This document shows, in pieces, positions 28,262-37,909 of a DNA stretch of 64,000 nucleotides; within the stretch, counting starts at the first letter, position 1; every line of letters starts with the position of its first letter. Position numbers and translations under genes: made by a program. The stretch lies in the IMG/VR virus record IMGVR_UViG_3300005253_000330; one strand, 5' to 3'. This DNA comes from an uncultured virus (IMG/VR IMGVR_UViG_3300005253_000330) (taxonomy: Duplodnaviria > Heunggongvirae > Uroviricota > Caudoviricetes). A model generated the notes under the pieces. It was given only the letters and a program-made list of their open reading frames with translations, searched no databases and was not told the origin of the DNA.

Positions 28262-30415
28262 ATGCCAAAAATATGGACAAAAATTTTATCAGGAAAGAAA
28301 GAAAGCCAGCAACTCACAGAAGAACAACAAGCCGACCTTAAATTCGTAGATGATTTTTACGATGAAGGAATGAAAGCCAGACGCCCCTATGAGAAGCAAT
28401 GGTATATCAATATGGCCTTCTTTCTTGACCAACACTGGCTTACTTGGAACGATACCAAGAGGAAATTGGAAAAGCCCGTCGTTCCTTCTTGGAGAAAACA
28501 CATAACGATTAACAAAATAAAACCCAATGTCTTACATATATTAGCCAAACTCACTAAAAATAAACCAATCTATCAAACCATTCCCGCTACTACGGAGGAC
28601 GATGACCGAAACCGAGCAGAAATCTCTTTGAAAGTTCATAAGTATTTACATCGTATCAACCAGATGGACATCCTTAATCAACGCCTTTATCTATGGAAAA
28701 TAATCTACGGGACGGCATTTAAAGAACCTTATTTTGACGAATCGAAGGGAACGAAAATCCCCAAGAAAATTAAGACTGAAACAATAGAAGGCCAAGAAGT
28801 TCCGATTAAGGTTAAAGGCAAAGAGCAATACTACGATACCGATTATACTGGTGAAGTTAATAACGAAATATACAGTCCTTTTTCTATTCTTCCCGAATCA
28901 GGAGCAACCGACTTTGAACATTCGCAACGGATGATGAAAATAGTCACAAAGTCAATCGAATACATCAGAGAAAAATATGAGGCGGGCAAGTTCGTAAATG
29001 CGGAGTCCAGGACTGCTGGTTCTTCGGTGCAAAGCCAACTGCTTAATTTGATGGGTGAGCAATATACCACGCCCCACATCACCCAGAAAGACAAGAAAGA
29101 GAAAACATCGGCAGAGGGATTCGCCATTATCAAAGAACTAAAGGAACTACCGAGCAAGAAACATCCCAAAGGAAGACTCATTAGGGTTTCTAATGGCGTG
29201 TTGCTTGACAGTGGCCCTTTGCCTTATAAATTTATGATAAGACGTAGGACTTTCGGAATAGTCAAATATGACTACACTCCAGTAGCCGAGAGGTTCTGGG
29301 GGGATACTTCGGTCGTTTCTATGATACCCATTAATGTTGAATTGAACAAGACAGTATCCCAGATTATTGAGATTAAAAATTTAACGGCCAAGCCGAAGTG
29401 GATTGCCTACACACAGAACAAATTAATTGAAACTGCCATTACTTCGGAATCAGGTGAAATAATAACGATAACTCACGTCCCAGGTGTTCCAGACCCCCAT
29501 CCTATTGACCCACCAAATATACCTGCTTATGTTCCGGGATTATTGGAACGAGGGGATAAGGATTTGGAAGATGTATCACTTATCCACGAAGTCTCAAAAG
29601 GAGTCACGCCTCCCGGGGTGACTTCTGGAGTAGCCATCCAGTTTTTACAGGAACAAGATCAGACAGTCTTCGGGCCAGTCGCCAGTCGGTTTGAAACCAA
29701 AGAAGGCGAAGCGGGAACTTACGAACTGGAAATCGTTAAAGAAAGATATAGAGAATCAAGGGTAATAAAAATAGTCGGAGAAAATAACGAAATAGAAGTT
29801 TTTGATTTTATGGCTACAAAGGATATGCCTACCGATGTCATAGTTCAGTCGGGTTCTTCGTTACCCCATAGTTTAGTAGCCAAGCAGCAGTTGGTCTTGC
29901 AGTTCTACGACAAGGGAATGCTGGGCGATCCCCAAGACCCGCAAGTAAGACAGAAAGCGATGAGACTGGCCGAGATGGGCGGGGTTGACGTTATCTACGA
30001 AGAGGCGGCCGCTGACGAAAGAGAGGCAGAAAGAGAACACAAACTCTGGGAGAAAGGTTTACCTGCCGAAGTCCAATTTTTTGACAACCACAAGACCCAT
30101 CTCATCAGACATTATCTATTCTGCAAGTCCGACAGATACCGCAACCTTATTAAGGAAAGGCCGCAGTTTGAGGTAGGAGTAAAGGCTCACATTGACGCAC
30201 ACACCCAGCAAGACCCAGAACGAATAGCGATGCAGAAGCAGGAACAGATGATGCAAGAACAACAGCAAGTCCAAAGGAAGCAGTTGGAAGTCGACAGTGC
30301 GATTAAACTCCAAAAAGCAGATGATGACCGAGCAACGGCAGCGAGTAAAGTATTAACAGAGGTTACTACACGGGAAAGGCCTCCAGAAAAATCTCCGCAA
30401 GGAAAGAAGAAATGA
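28262..30415 (+). CDS. Portal protein (P22-like)
   Basis: 717 aa; ITINKIKP..., FWGDTS, GVTSGVAIQFLQEQD, Gln-rich C-terminal barrel; lies between TerL and scaffold/capsid. Confidence 0.85.
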   Translation: MPKIWTKILSGKKESQQLTEEQQADLKFVDDFYDEGMKARRPYEKQWYINMAFFLDQHWLTWNDTKRKLEKPVVPSWRKHITINKIKPNVLHILAKLTKNKPIYQTIPATTEDDDRNRAEISLKVHKYLHRINQMDILNQRLYLWKIIYGTAFKEPYFDESKGTKIPKKIKTETIEGQEVPIKVKGKEQYYDTDYTGEVNNEIYSPFSILPESGATDFEHSQRMMKIVTKSIEYIREKYEAGKFVNAESRTAGSSVQSQLLNLMGEQYTTPHITQKDKKEKTSAEGFAIIKELKELPSKKHPKGRLIRVSNGVLLDSGPLPYKFMIRRRTFGIVKYDYTPVAERFWGDTSVVSMIPINVELNKTVSQIIEIKNLTAKPKWIAYTQNKLIETAITSESGEIITITHVPGVPDPHPIDPPNIPAYVPGLLERGDKDLEDVSLIHEVSKGVTPPGVTSGVAIQFLQEQDQTVFGPVASRFETKEGEAGTYELEIVKERYRESRVIKIVGENNEIEVFDFMATKDMPTDVIVQSGSSLPHSLVAKQQLVLQFYDKGMLGDPQDPQVRQKAMRLAEMGGVDVIYEEAAADEREAEREHKLWEKGLPAEVQFFDNHKTHLIRHYLFCKSDRYRNLIKERPQFEVGVKAHIDAHTQQDPERIAMQKQEQMMQEQQQVQRKQLEVDSAIKLQKADDDRATAASKVLTEVTTRERPPEKSPQGKKK

Positions 30416-30519
30416 CAGGACAAACTTTAGCCACATATGCAGGAGCATTAAAACGAGATTACAAAGACTTGCATATGAGAATTGCTAAAGCGAGATTAAA
30501 ACGGAAGAAAAGGAGATAG
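30412..30519 (+). CDS. 35-aa peptide resembling the major capsid N-terminus
   Basis: MTGQTLATYAGALKRDYKDLHMRIAKARLKRKKRR; ATGA overlap with the portal stop. Confidence 0.65.
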   Translation: MTGQTLATYAGALKRDYKDLHMRIAKARLKRKKRR

Positions 30520-30521
30520 TT

Positions 30522-30713
30522 ATGCCTTATCCTAACATTCCAAAACATTTACAATCCAAGATGGAAAGATGCGTTGCTAAAGTTAAAGCAAAAGGCGGAG
30601 TTAAAAATGCCTATGCTGTTTGCTATCGAAGTTTGATGGGAAGTAAGGGTGGTGAAAACCCTAACTCAATACACGAAAAAATAGCCCAAGCAAGATTAAG
30701 GAGGAAGAAGTGA
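30522..30713 (+). CDS. Small basic head-module protein
   Basis: MP...KMERCVAKVK...NAYAVC; SD AGGAGA. Confidence 0.6.
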   Translation: MPYPNIPKHLQSKMERCVAKVKAKGGVKNAYAVCYRSLMGSKGGENPNSIHEKIAQARLRRKK

Positions 30714-31042
30714 AAAAGGCAACTAAAAAGGTAGTTAAGAAAGTAATTGAGAAAGAAAAAACCCTTGAAGAATTAAACCGAGAAATTAAATGGTTACGCA
30801 CAGAGTGGCGCAACGATTACAGTTCGTGCAGGACATTAGTTCGGAGAGACAGAAGAAACACCCCTGGCAGACTTTATAAGGTATTGAAAATTTCTGACAA
30901 GGGATTTTGCATATTGATATATGGGAGAGAAAAGAAAGACTACGAAAATATCTCCTTGGGTAAGGAGTGGGCGATATAGAAGACCAAGCGGAACAAAGTC
31001 TATTAGGACTAATCTAAAATCCGCAGTCTAAGGAGGAGTAGG

Positions 31043-31879
31043 ATGCCTATCGTAGAAAAAGAAGAGAAGAAGGGTGACCAAGTAGTCTTAGAGGAAAAAG
31101 GAACTCCAGAGAAAGAAACGGAGCAACCCAAACCCGAAGGTGACACAGTCAAACCCGAAGAAGTAAAGATGGTGGAGATTGAGGGGAAGAAAATGCCACT
31201 CTCTCAAATTCAGGAGGCTTTGAAAGATTCTGAAAACAAGAGCAAGTGGCAGAGAGAACTAACCCAGAAAGGCCAGAGTATTGCCGATGACACCAAATTG
31301 ATTGAGCGACTCAAACCGATGGCCGCTTTTCTTGACGACCCTGCTAATGAGGAAAAACGTAAGAAAATTGAGGCTATCGCCGAGGGGATTGAAGAAGCAA
31401 GAGAAGAACTGCCTCCAGAGGATGAACTCGAAGACCCTGCTATTGCCAAGTTAAGAAAGAAGTATGACATAGCACTTGCCAAAATTGATAAGACGCTAAC
31501 AACCATACAGCGTGGTTCATCTGAAAAAGAACTGGCAGACACTGCACGAGAAGTTGCTCAAGAAAGGAAAGAAGTCAAGGTAAAATACAAAGACCTGGAC
31601 GAGAGTGAACTTGCTTTTATCGAAGAAATTGCTCTTGGAAGACAAGGCGAAAATCTTGTTAAGGTTGCTGATGAGTATGTCAAATACCTACAGGGAAGGG
31701 ACAAAGGCACTATCAAGACATACTTGGAGGACAAGGAAAAAGACGGCAAGAAATTCGCTGAAATTGGGGGTTTACCATCTGCTTCACCTGAAAGAAAATT
31801 ATCCCTCTGGGGAGAGGGAAAGGATTCACCAAGAAAAGCACTTGAAAACACATTAAATAGATTGAAAAAGGAGGAATAA
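31043..31879 (+). CDS. Scaffolding protein
   Basis: Highly charged and helical; VEIEGKKMPL...WQRELTQKGQ; directly upstream of the capsid gene. Confidence 0.75.
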   Translation: MPIVEKEEKKGDQVVLEEKGTPEKETEQPKPEGDTVKPEEVKMVEIEGKKMPLSQIQEALKDSENKSKWQRELTQKGQSIADDTKLIERLKPMAAFLDDPANEEKRKKIEAIAEGIEEAREELPPEDELEDPAIAKLRKKYDIALAKIDKTLTTIQRGSSEKELADTAREVAQERKEVKVKYKDLDESELAFIEEIALGRQGENLVKVADEYVKYLQGRDKGTIKTYLEDKEKDGKKFAEIGGLPSASPERKLSLWGEGKDSPRKALENTLNRLKKEE

Positions 31880-31880
31880 A

Positions 31881-33212
31881 ATGGGACAAGACCTTTCGAA
31901 TTTTGCTGGTGCCTTAAAGAGGGATTATCACGGCCCGATTGTAGACGCTCTTAACAACCTCAGCATCCTCTATTCGCAGTTGGACAAAAACGAGGAAGAT
32001 GTTCAGGTTTCAGGAGAGGGTTTTTCGGCCTACATTCCCATCAAGGTCAAGCGAAATGTAAGAGGCGTTGCCGTCCGTGCAGAGGGCGGAGTTTTACCCA
32101 CTGCTGGCCATACTACAGTTAAGCAGTTAGTTATACCTTTGATGTATAACTACGGCGGAATTAACTTTACTGGCCAAGTAATCAAAGCATCTGCAAAGTC
32201 TGCGACTTCGTTCGCCAAAGTGGCGGATTTAGAAGTCAAGGATATGGTTACCAATTTCAGGATTGGGACCAACAGGCAGATGTTTGCACCTGCCTCTGGC
32301 TATTTATGCCAGACCAATGGAGCCGACCAAAGTGGTTCCAATTCTACGGTAACCGTAAACAATCCAGGAACACAGTGGTTCGAAGTGGGAATGACAGTTC
32401 AGTCGTTCCCCGACACTACTTCTGGAGCGGCCTCTGGTGATAGTGACATCAGTCAAGGATTGACAGAACCAACCTCGCATATGGTTGGGAACATTCTGTC
32501 TTCCACGACCTTCCAATTGAACGATTACACTGATGCCGAGATTACCACTGAAAAGTGGGCTACTGACAGGTTCATCTTCAACTGGGGAGCCAGAACTTTG
32601 GAGATGAACGGATTGATGGACATAATCGATAATTATAGCCTTCAGTCAACTTCGTCTTGGTTCGGACTTCAGTTAGGACTCCAGACCATTCACGGTTTGA
32701 GCAGGTCAACTTATCCTATACTGGAATCTAACATCGAGCACGGTAGCAACAGTAACAGGGACATTTCCGAGGGTTTGCTACAGGACTTGCTGGACGCCAT
32801 TGAAAAGTCAGCGGGGAAACAGCAAGACAACAGGACGCTTCACTTCATTACTACTTATGGTGTGAGGAAAATGTATGCCGACTTGCTACAGGCAGACAGG
32901 AGATATATGAAACCTGTCGATTTGAAGGGTGGATGGAAAACCCTTGCTTATCAGTCAGGGAATGACTTAATTCCTTTCATTGTTGATAAGCATTGCACAC
33001 CTAACACTGTCTTCTGTTTTGACACCCGATACTTGAAAATCTACCGGGCGGGCAACTTTGACTGGATGGATTTTGACGGGCATATGTTCAGGCAGAAGGT
33101 TGATACCAGTGGAAGATACGATGTATGGGAAGCAATGATGTACTGTTACATGAATCTTGGCTGCTCCAGCTTTCGTAACCAGGGCGCTTTGAGGGATATC
33201 AGCGAGAGTTAA
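31881..33212 (+). CDS. Major capsid protein (HK97 fold), segment B
   Basis: ALKRDY.GPI, EGGVLP.AG, MNGL..I, GLSRSTYP, PFIVDKHC; follows the scaffold. Confidence 0.85.
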   Translation: MGQDLSNFAGALKRDYHGPIVDALNNLSILYSQLDKNEEDVQVSGEGFSAYIPIKVKRNVRGVAVRAEGGVLPTAGHTTVKQLVIPLMYNYGGINFTGQVIKASAKSATSFAKVADLEVKDMVTNFRIGTNRQMFAPASGYLCQTNGADQSGSNSTVTVNNPGTQWFEVGMTVQSFPDTTSGAASGDSDISQGLTEPTSHMVGNILSSTTFQLNDYTDAEITTEKWATDRFIFNWGARTLEMNGLMDIIDNYSLQSTSSWFGLQLGLQTIHGLSRSTYPILESNIEHGSNSNRDISEGLLQDLLDAIEKSAGKQQDNRTLHFITTYGVRKMYADLLQADRRYMKPVDLKGGWKTLAYQSGNDLIPFIVDKHCTPNTVFCFDTRYLKIYRAGNFDWMDFDGHMFRQKVDTSGRYDVWEAMMYCYMNLGCSSFRNQGALRDISES

Positions 33213-33240
33213 GAGTGATTGACGAAATGAGAGGATTTCT

Positions 33241-33723
33241 ATGGAAGACAACATTTTCATTTTGAACTATGTTGCAGGATTGTTTGACGGTGAGGGCTGT
33301 ATTGTTGTTGCCCTTCAGAAACCAACCCCCAAAAACCAACTTCAATCTACCATCCATTGGCTTCAGGTAGCCATAGCCATGTCTCACCAGCCAACGATGG
33401 AGTGGTTGAAAGGTTGTTTTGGAGGTTGTATTGTGACCGATAAAAAAGGAAAAAGTAGGGGAGACAGAAGGCCTCACTATTCTTGGAGAGTCCAAGGCAA
33501 TCAAGCCAAAGATTTCCTTCTCAAAATAATCCCATTCTTGAGATACAAAAAAGAACAAGCACTTCTGGCCATTGATTTTCAGACCAAGAAACAAGAACAG
33601 AAAGGGAAGCCATATGTTAAACTTCCCGATATCATTGTTCAAGAAAGAGAGGAATACAGAAACAGACTTCGACGAATGACAAACGGAAAAATGTCTGTTA
33701 CTGGATACCAAAACAGTTTTTAG
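33241..33723 (+). CDS. Single-motif LAGLIDADG homing endonuclease
   Basis: YVAGLFDGEGCI...FGG.I...YSWRV...FLLKIIPFLRYKKEQA. Confidence 0.9.
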   Translation: MEDNIFILNYVAGLFDGEGCIVVALQKPTPKNQLQSTIHWLQVAIAMSHQPTMEWLKGCFGGCIVTDKKGKSRGDRRPHYSWRVQGNQAKDFLLKIIPFLRYKKEQALLAIDFQTKKQEQKGKPYVKLPDIIVQEREEYRNRLRRMTNGKMSVTGYQNSF

Positions 33724-33735
33724 TTTTTAATCTAT

Positions 33736-33767
33736 CTTGCGGGGGAGTTCCATAACTTCTCCGCAGG
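33736..33767 (+). terminator. Stem-loop after the capsid/endonuclease genes
   Basis: CTTGCGGGGGAGTT-CCAT-AACTTCTCCGCAGG; no downstream U-run. Confidence 0.4.
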
Positions 33768-33786
33768 TAGAACAAGGAGGAATGAA

Positions 33787-36306
33787 ATGGGAAAGAAACG
33801 ATTTATAGGGATGGCTCTGGTGGCTGTCTTGCTGTTGGTGGCTTCGGTTTCAGATGCAACAATCAAGAACCGTGGTGTCCACAAGAAGGCCGACATCGAT
33901 TTGGGCAAGATCAATATTGAGGATAGCCCAAACGAACATAGGGCTTTGGCAGACGGCTACAACAGGTATCTACAACTACCCAAACCGACCAACGCCCAAC
34001 AGATTACACCTGCTTCTGGTTACAACGGGGCGATTTACTACGACTCCTCTGATGACATTCTTTATGCTGTTATCGGAGGGTCAGCGGTTGACTTGGGTGC
34101 GGCTGCTTCTACCGAGACTTTGGACGCTGCCTACACAGCAGGAGCAACTATCCTGCTTGATGCGACTGGTAATCTATCAATCACGACCAACCCTGATAGT
34201 AACCCTGCGTATCTTCTTTTAGATACCGTAACAGGTTCGGGGGCTGCGGCTGAAATGATAAAGATTACCACGACATCTGGCACGATTACTGATGCCATTG
34301 ATTTGTCTGATGCTGGGATTGTCAATGCTATCAACATTGGGGCGAATGTCATCTTGGGTGGTGAGGCGACAATCGACTTCACCGACTTTGATGTGTCGGC
34401 TGATGGTTTGATTATTGTTGCTAACGATGCTGACGGGGTTGCGCTAACGGTTAGTCCGTCGATTGCCACTACTACGGCTATTGATGTGACTGACGCCAAC
34501 ATCACCAATTCAATATCGGTTGCTGCTAACAAAATCTTGCTCACTACTGGAACTATTGAAGGTGGTGCGGCAGTGATTGACTTCACTAACTTTGATGTTA
34601 GTGGTGCTGGTGCGATTGTTGGAACGTCTTTAGACGTTGGCTCTGGAAATATTACTACCACAGGCAATTTAGATGTGGGGAATGTTCTGGAGAGTGCAAT
34701 TCAGCCCGCAAGTGGTAATTTGACCATAGATGGTGCTACTGGTGCTTCTACGATTACCATAGGTAATCTTTCAACTGCTGGTATTACGATAAGTGATAAT
34801 GTTACCTTTGGTGTAACTTCGTTGTTTTCTGGAGCAACTGGGTTAGGTTTTAGACAAGCATCAGAAGTTATCAGTTCATCTATTGCTGACCAATTAGACA
34901 TCGATGCGGTTGGAGAAGTGGAAATCGCTACGGCAATTCTTGATGTGAATGTAACCGATAGTTCGTCTATTCAAGTTACAGGCACGTCTAAGAATTTTGA
35001 CATTGCCACAAGTGATGGCGATATTACTTTGACTGCTGTTGGTGGAACTCCTGGTGACATTATTCTCAATGCTGGGGATGATGTTACTATTGACGCAGTG
35101 GGATTGCTTGAGTTAAATTCGTCTGCTGGCGTTATCAGTATCGGAAACGATGCCGTCACGCAGAACATTAACTTGGGAACTGGTGCTGCAGCAAGAATAG
35201 TTACCCTCGGTGAGATAACCACTCTTACTGAAGTCCAGATTGATGGACTTTTGGTTGACATCAATGCTGGCAGTTCTGGTCTTACAATGGACGCAGGAGC
35301 CGCTTCTAACTTAACGACTTCTGCTGGCGACTTGACGCTTGAGTCTGCGGCTGCTTCAGTCAACATTAACGCTAATGAGACTGTGGCTGATCAGATTAAA
35401 CTGAATGCTCAGGGAACTGTAGCAAGCACGAGTGCCATCAATATCACTACCACTAATGGTGGGATAATGATTGACGCTAATGGTGCTACCAATGGCGACA
35501 TTACGATTGATGCCGCAAACGACATCGATATGAATGCCGCCTATCTTGGTGTCATTACCCTGGATACGGCCGATGATGCGACTGCCGATGCTACCGCAAT
35601 AGCCGACATCACGATTACTGCGGGTGCTAAAGGCGCTGGAACTGGAGATGGTGGAGATGTAATCCTTGTTGCTGGTGATACTACTGGCGGAGTGCAGGGA
35701 TACATCAAACTTCAGGATGATGTTCTGGTTCAGACCACTGAGAAAATCTACTTCCAAGACACAGGAACATTCATCAATTCTCCTGCAAACGGGAAGATTG
35801 AGATTGAAGCCGATGGTGCTGGTAACGATGACATCACTCTTGATGGTGGAGTCACCATTCCAACAGGTCACATTTTGACGATAGCTGACGCTGGGTCTAT
35901 CACTTTGAATGCCGAGAAAGTTACGGCTCACAAGGAAGTATCGGTCGCTGTTTACGCTACGGCCAACACAGCCAACAGTTTCGGTATTCTACCGATAATT
36001 GCTAACTCCAAGATTACCCACATCTCTGTAGGCTTTGTGGCTATTCCTGCCTCTGGGGGTGGGACGGTTCTGTTAGAAGTCTACAACAGAGACGGCGGAG
36101 CGGCTTCGGATAACTTGTTAAATGCTGCTACTTATGACCTTGAGGGAATGACCGATATGGTTGCTGCTGATATGACTCTTACTGGGACTGGTGGAGACTT
36201 ACAGCCCGATGATGGCGATTTTGTGTATGTCGTCATTACCTCCAACAACGGTGATATGACTGGTGGAACTGGCGGAGTGATTAACATCAAATACACCATT
36301 GATTAA
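33787..36306 (+). CDS. Large beta-repeat structural protein (head fibre/decoration?) with signal-peptide-like N-terminus
   Basis: Repetitive G/D/I/T/A strands and IDFT.FDVS repeats; leader MGKKRFIGMALVAVLLLVASVSDA. Confidence 0.55.
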   Translation: MGKKRFIGMALVAVLLLVASVSDATIKNRGVHKKADIDLGKINIEDSPNEHRALADGYNRYLQLPKPTNAQQITPASGYNGAIYYDSSDDILYAVIGGSAVDLGAAASTETLDAAYTAGATILLDATGNLSITTNPDSNPAYLLLDTVTGSGAAAEMIKITTTSGTITDAIDLSDAGIVNAINIGANVILGGEATIDFTDFDVSADGLIIVANDADGVALTVSPSIATTTAIDVTDANITNSISVAANKILLTTGTIEGGAAVIDFTNFDVSGAGAIVGTSLDVGSGNITTTGNLDVGNVLESAIQPASGNLTIDGATGASTITIGNLSTAGITISDNVTFGVTSLFSGATGLGFRQASEVISSSIADQLDIDAVGEVEIATAILDVNVTDSSSIQVTGTSKNFDIATSDGDITLTAVGGTPGDIILNAGDDVTIDAVGLLELNSSAGVISIGNDAVTQNINLGTGAAARIVTLGEITTLTEVQIDGLLVDINAGSSGLTMDAGAASNLTTSAGDLTLESAAASVNINANETVADQIKLNAQGTVASTSAINITTTNGGIMIDANGATNGDITIDAANDIDMNAAYLGVITLDTADDATADATAIADITITAGAKGAGTGDGGDVILVAGDTTGGVQGYIKLQDDVLVQTTEKIYFQDTGTFINSPANGKIEIEADGAGNDDITLDGGVTIPTGHILTIADAGSITLNAEKVTAHKEVSVAVYATANTANSFGILPIIANSKITHISVGFVAIPASGGGTVLLEVYNRDGGAASDNLLNAATYDLEGMTDMVAADMTLTGTGGDLQPDDGDFVYVVITSNNGDMTGGTGGVINIKYTID

Positions 36307-36316
36307 CTGAATTTGT

Positions 36317-36404
36317 GGAGGGGCAGGATTTTATACTTGTGGTATTCAGTCGCACTGTGGTAACACAAAGGACTGACCACTTTTCATAGACCTCCTGCCC
36401 CTCC
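36317..36404 (+). other. Long intergenic hairpin
   Basis: Perfect 12-bp GGAGGGGCAGGA/TCCTGCCCCTCC stem; inner TCAGTC/GACTGA and TGTG-GTAA-CACA. Confidence 0.55.
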
Positions 36405-36417
36405 GTGAGAGAGAATT

Positions 36418-36849
36418 ATGCCTACTATGTTGAAAGAAGTTTTGAAATACAGCAAGGGACAAAAGGGTCTTTACAAGAATTGGCGAGCCCAAAAGATGCT
36501 TCAGAGTTACGACAAGGATTTAGTAGTCAGGTGGCTCTATGACAAGCACCGTTGGTCAATTTGGACTAAAGACCGAAAGGGAAAAGAATATCTCATCTGT
36601 GTGGTAGAGAATCTTGATGGCAGTTACCGAAACATTGACCGTAGAGACCTCATATCTCTTATTAGAGCCGACTTATACCGCAGAACAAGGGCAGATACCC
36701 TTCTAAAGGAAATCGAGACACACAACGCAACCTTAGAAGAGAGCAAAAGAAAGAAATTGAGTGACGATGTGCGGGCGATAAGTCGGGAACGTTGGAGATA
36801 CACTTTCGGGCATCCTGTGGTAAATGTTCCATTCAACTTGAAAGGATAG
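36418..36849 (+). CDS. Hypothetical protein
   Basis: ORF within the structural module. Confidence 0.55.
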   Translation: MPTMLKEVLKYSKGQKGLYKNWRAQKMLQSYDKDLVVRWLYDKHRWSIWTKDRKGKEYLICVVENLDGSYRNIDRRDLISLIRADLYRRTRADTLLKEIETHNATLEESKRKKLSDDVRAISRERWRYTFGHPVVNVPFNLKG

Positions 36850-36853
36850 AAGT

Positions 36854-37204
36854 GTGAAATCTATCTTGAATTTAGGGAAAAAATCGTGTCAACGTTGTGG
36901 ATTGTGCTGTTATTTACAAACTAATGTAGCGGTAGAAGGCAAGCAGTTCATCCCCGTTCCCTTGATGGTGGACGGTTTCAGCGAAAGCGAAAAGAAGTAT
37001 TTGTCTCTTCAAGTGTGTGCATCTTTTGACCGAGCAACAAGGAGATGCAAAGATTACGAGAACAGACCTCCTGCGTGTAAGAGATTTTTCTGTAATGGGA
37101 AACCCCGACCACAAGTTCTGAACATAACTGGATTGCCAACAAAAACCATACAACCAAAAAGAATTTTAATGCCAAATAGAGAGATGAGAAGGAGGATGAA
37201 ATGA
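36854..37204 (+). CDS. YkgJ-family (CxxCxxCC) metal-cluster protein
   Basis: CQRCGLCC...C..FD..TRRCKDYENRPPACKRF. Confidence 0.8.
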   Translation: MKSILNLGKKSCQRCGLCCYLQTNVAVEGKQFIPVPLMVDGFSESEKKYLSLQVCASFDRATRRCKDYENRPPACKRFFCNGKPRPQVLNITGLPTKTIQPKRILMPNREMRRRMK

Positions 37205-37878
37205 GTCTTGTAAAAATAACCAAAATTTTGAGTGCAGAAACATTGTCTGATACATCGCCCGGACTGACCCAGACTAAATACACCGAGTTTCAGGATATAT
37301 CAAAGCACAATTTCGCTTTAGATATAGGAATAGTGCTGGTTAATGCGGGAACTTCTACCGATATTGATGTTTATTATGAGTTCGGTATGCCGACTTTAGA
37401 TAAGAATGTTGCTATCGGTTCTGGAACTTTGGTAGGTTCGGGACTTGATGACATTACTGTTGCAGGGACTTTCAATGCCCCGCTGCCTACTTTGTGGCGC
37501 CCATTCCAAAGACGCTACCGGGTTCAGGTTGACGCTACCGGTTCTCCTGATACTTACAAGTATTCTTCAAATGACGGAGAAAGTTGGGACGAAGAGGGTA
37601 TCAGTATGACTACTTCGGCGGTGGAACTTGGAAACTCCGGGATTACCGTATTGTGGGCGGCCAATACAGGACACGTCCTAAACGAACACTGGGACTTTGA
37701 TGTTACTAATTTAGTTTGGTTCAACTCCACTAAGAACATTGATGCTGCGAGCATTGCTTCAAGTCGGACACTTGACTCTGAGACCTTGAAACCCGGCAAG
37801 TATATAAGGTTTTTGGTAGACAACCAATCTGGTAGTGCCACAGCCATAGTTTCGATGTATCTGATAACGCAAATGTAA
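37201..37878 (+). CDS. Structural protein
   Basis: Beta-rich protein between head and tail genes. Confidence 0.5.
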   Translation: MSLVKITKILSAETLSDTSPGLTQTKYTEFQDISKHNFALDIGIVLVNAGTSTDIDVYYEFGMPTLDKNVAIGSGTLVGSGLDDITVAGTFNAPLPTLWRPFQRRYRVQVDATGSPDTYKYSSNDGESWDEEGISMTTSAVELGNSGITVLWAANTGHVLNEHWDFDVTNLVWFNSTKNIDAASIASSRTLDSETLKPGKYIRFLVDNQSGSATAIVSMYLITQM

Positions 37879-37909
37879 GGAAAGCCTATGATATAAAAAG
37901 GAGTAAATT

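Noticed and set aside
23880..33212. Inteins or introns in terL, portal or capsid
   Set aside because: Lengths and motif spacing look normal; no C...HN intein ends or interrupted frames.
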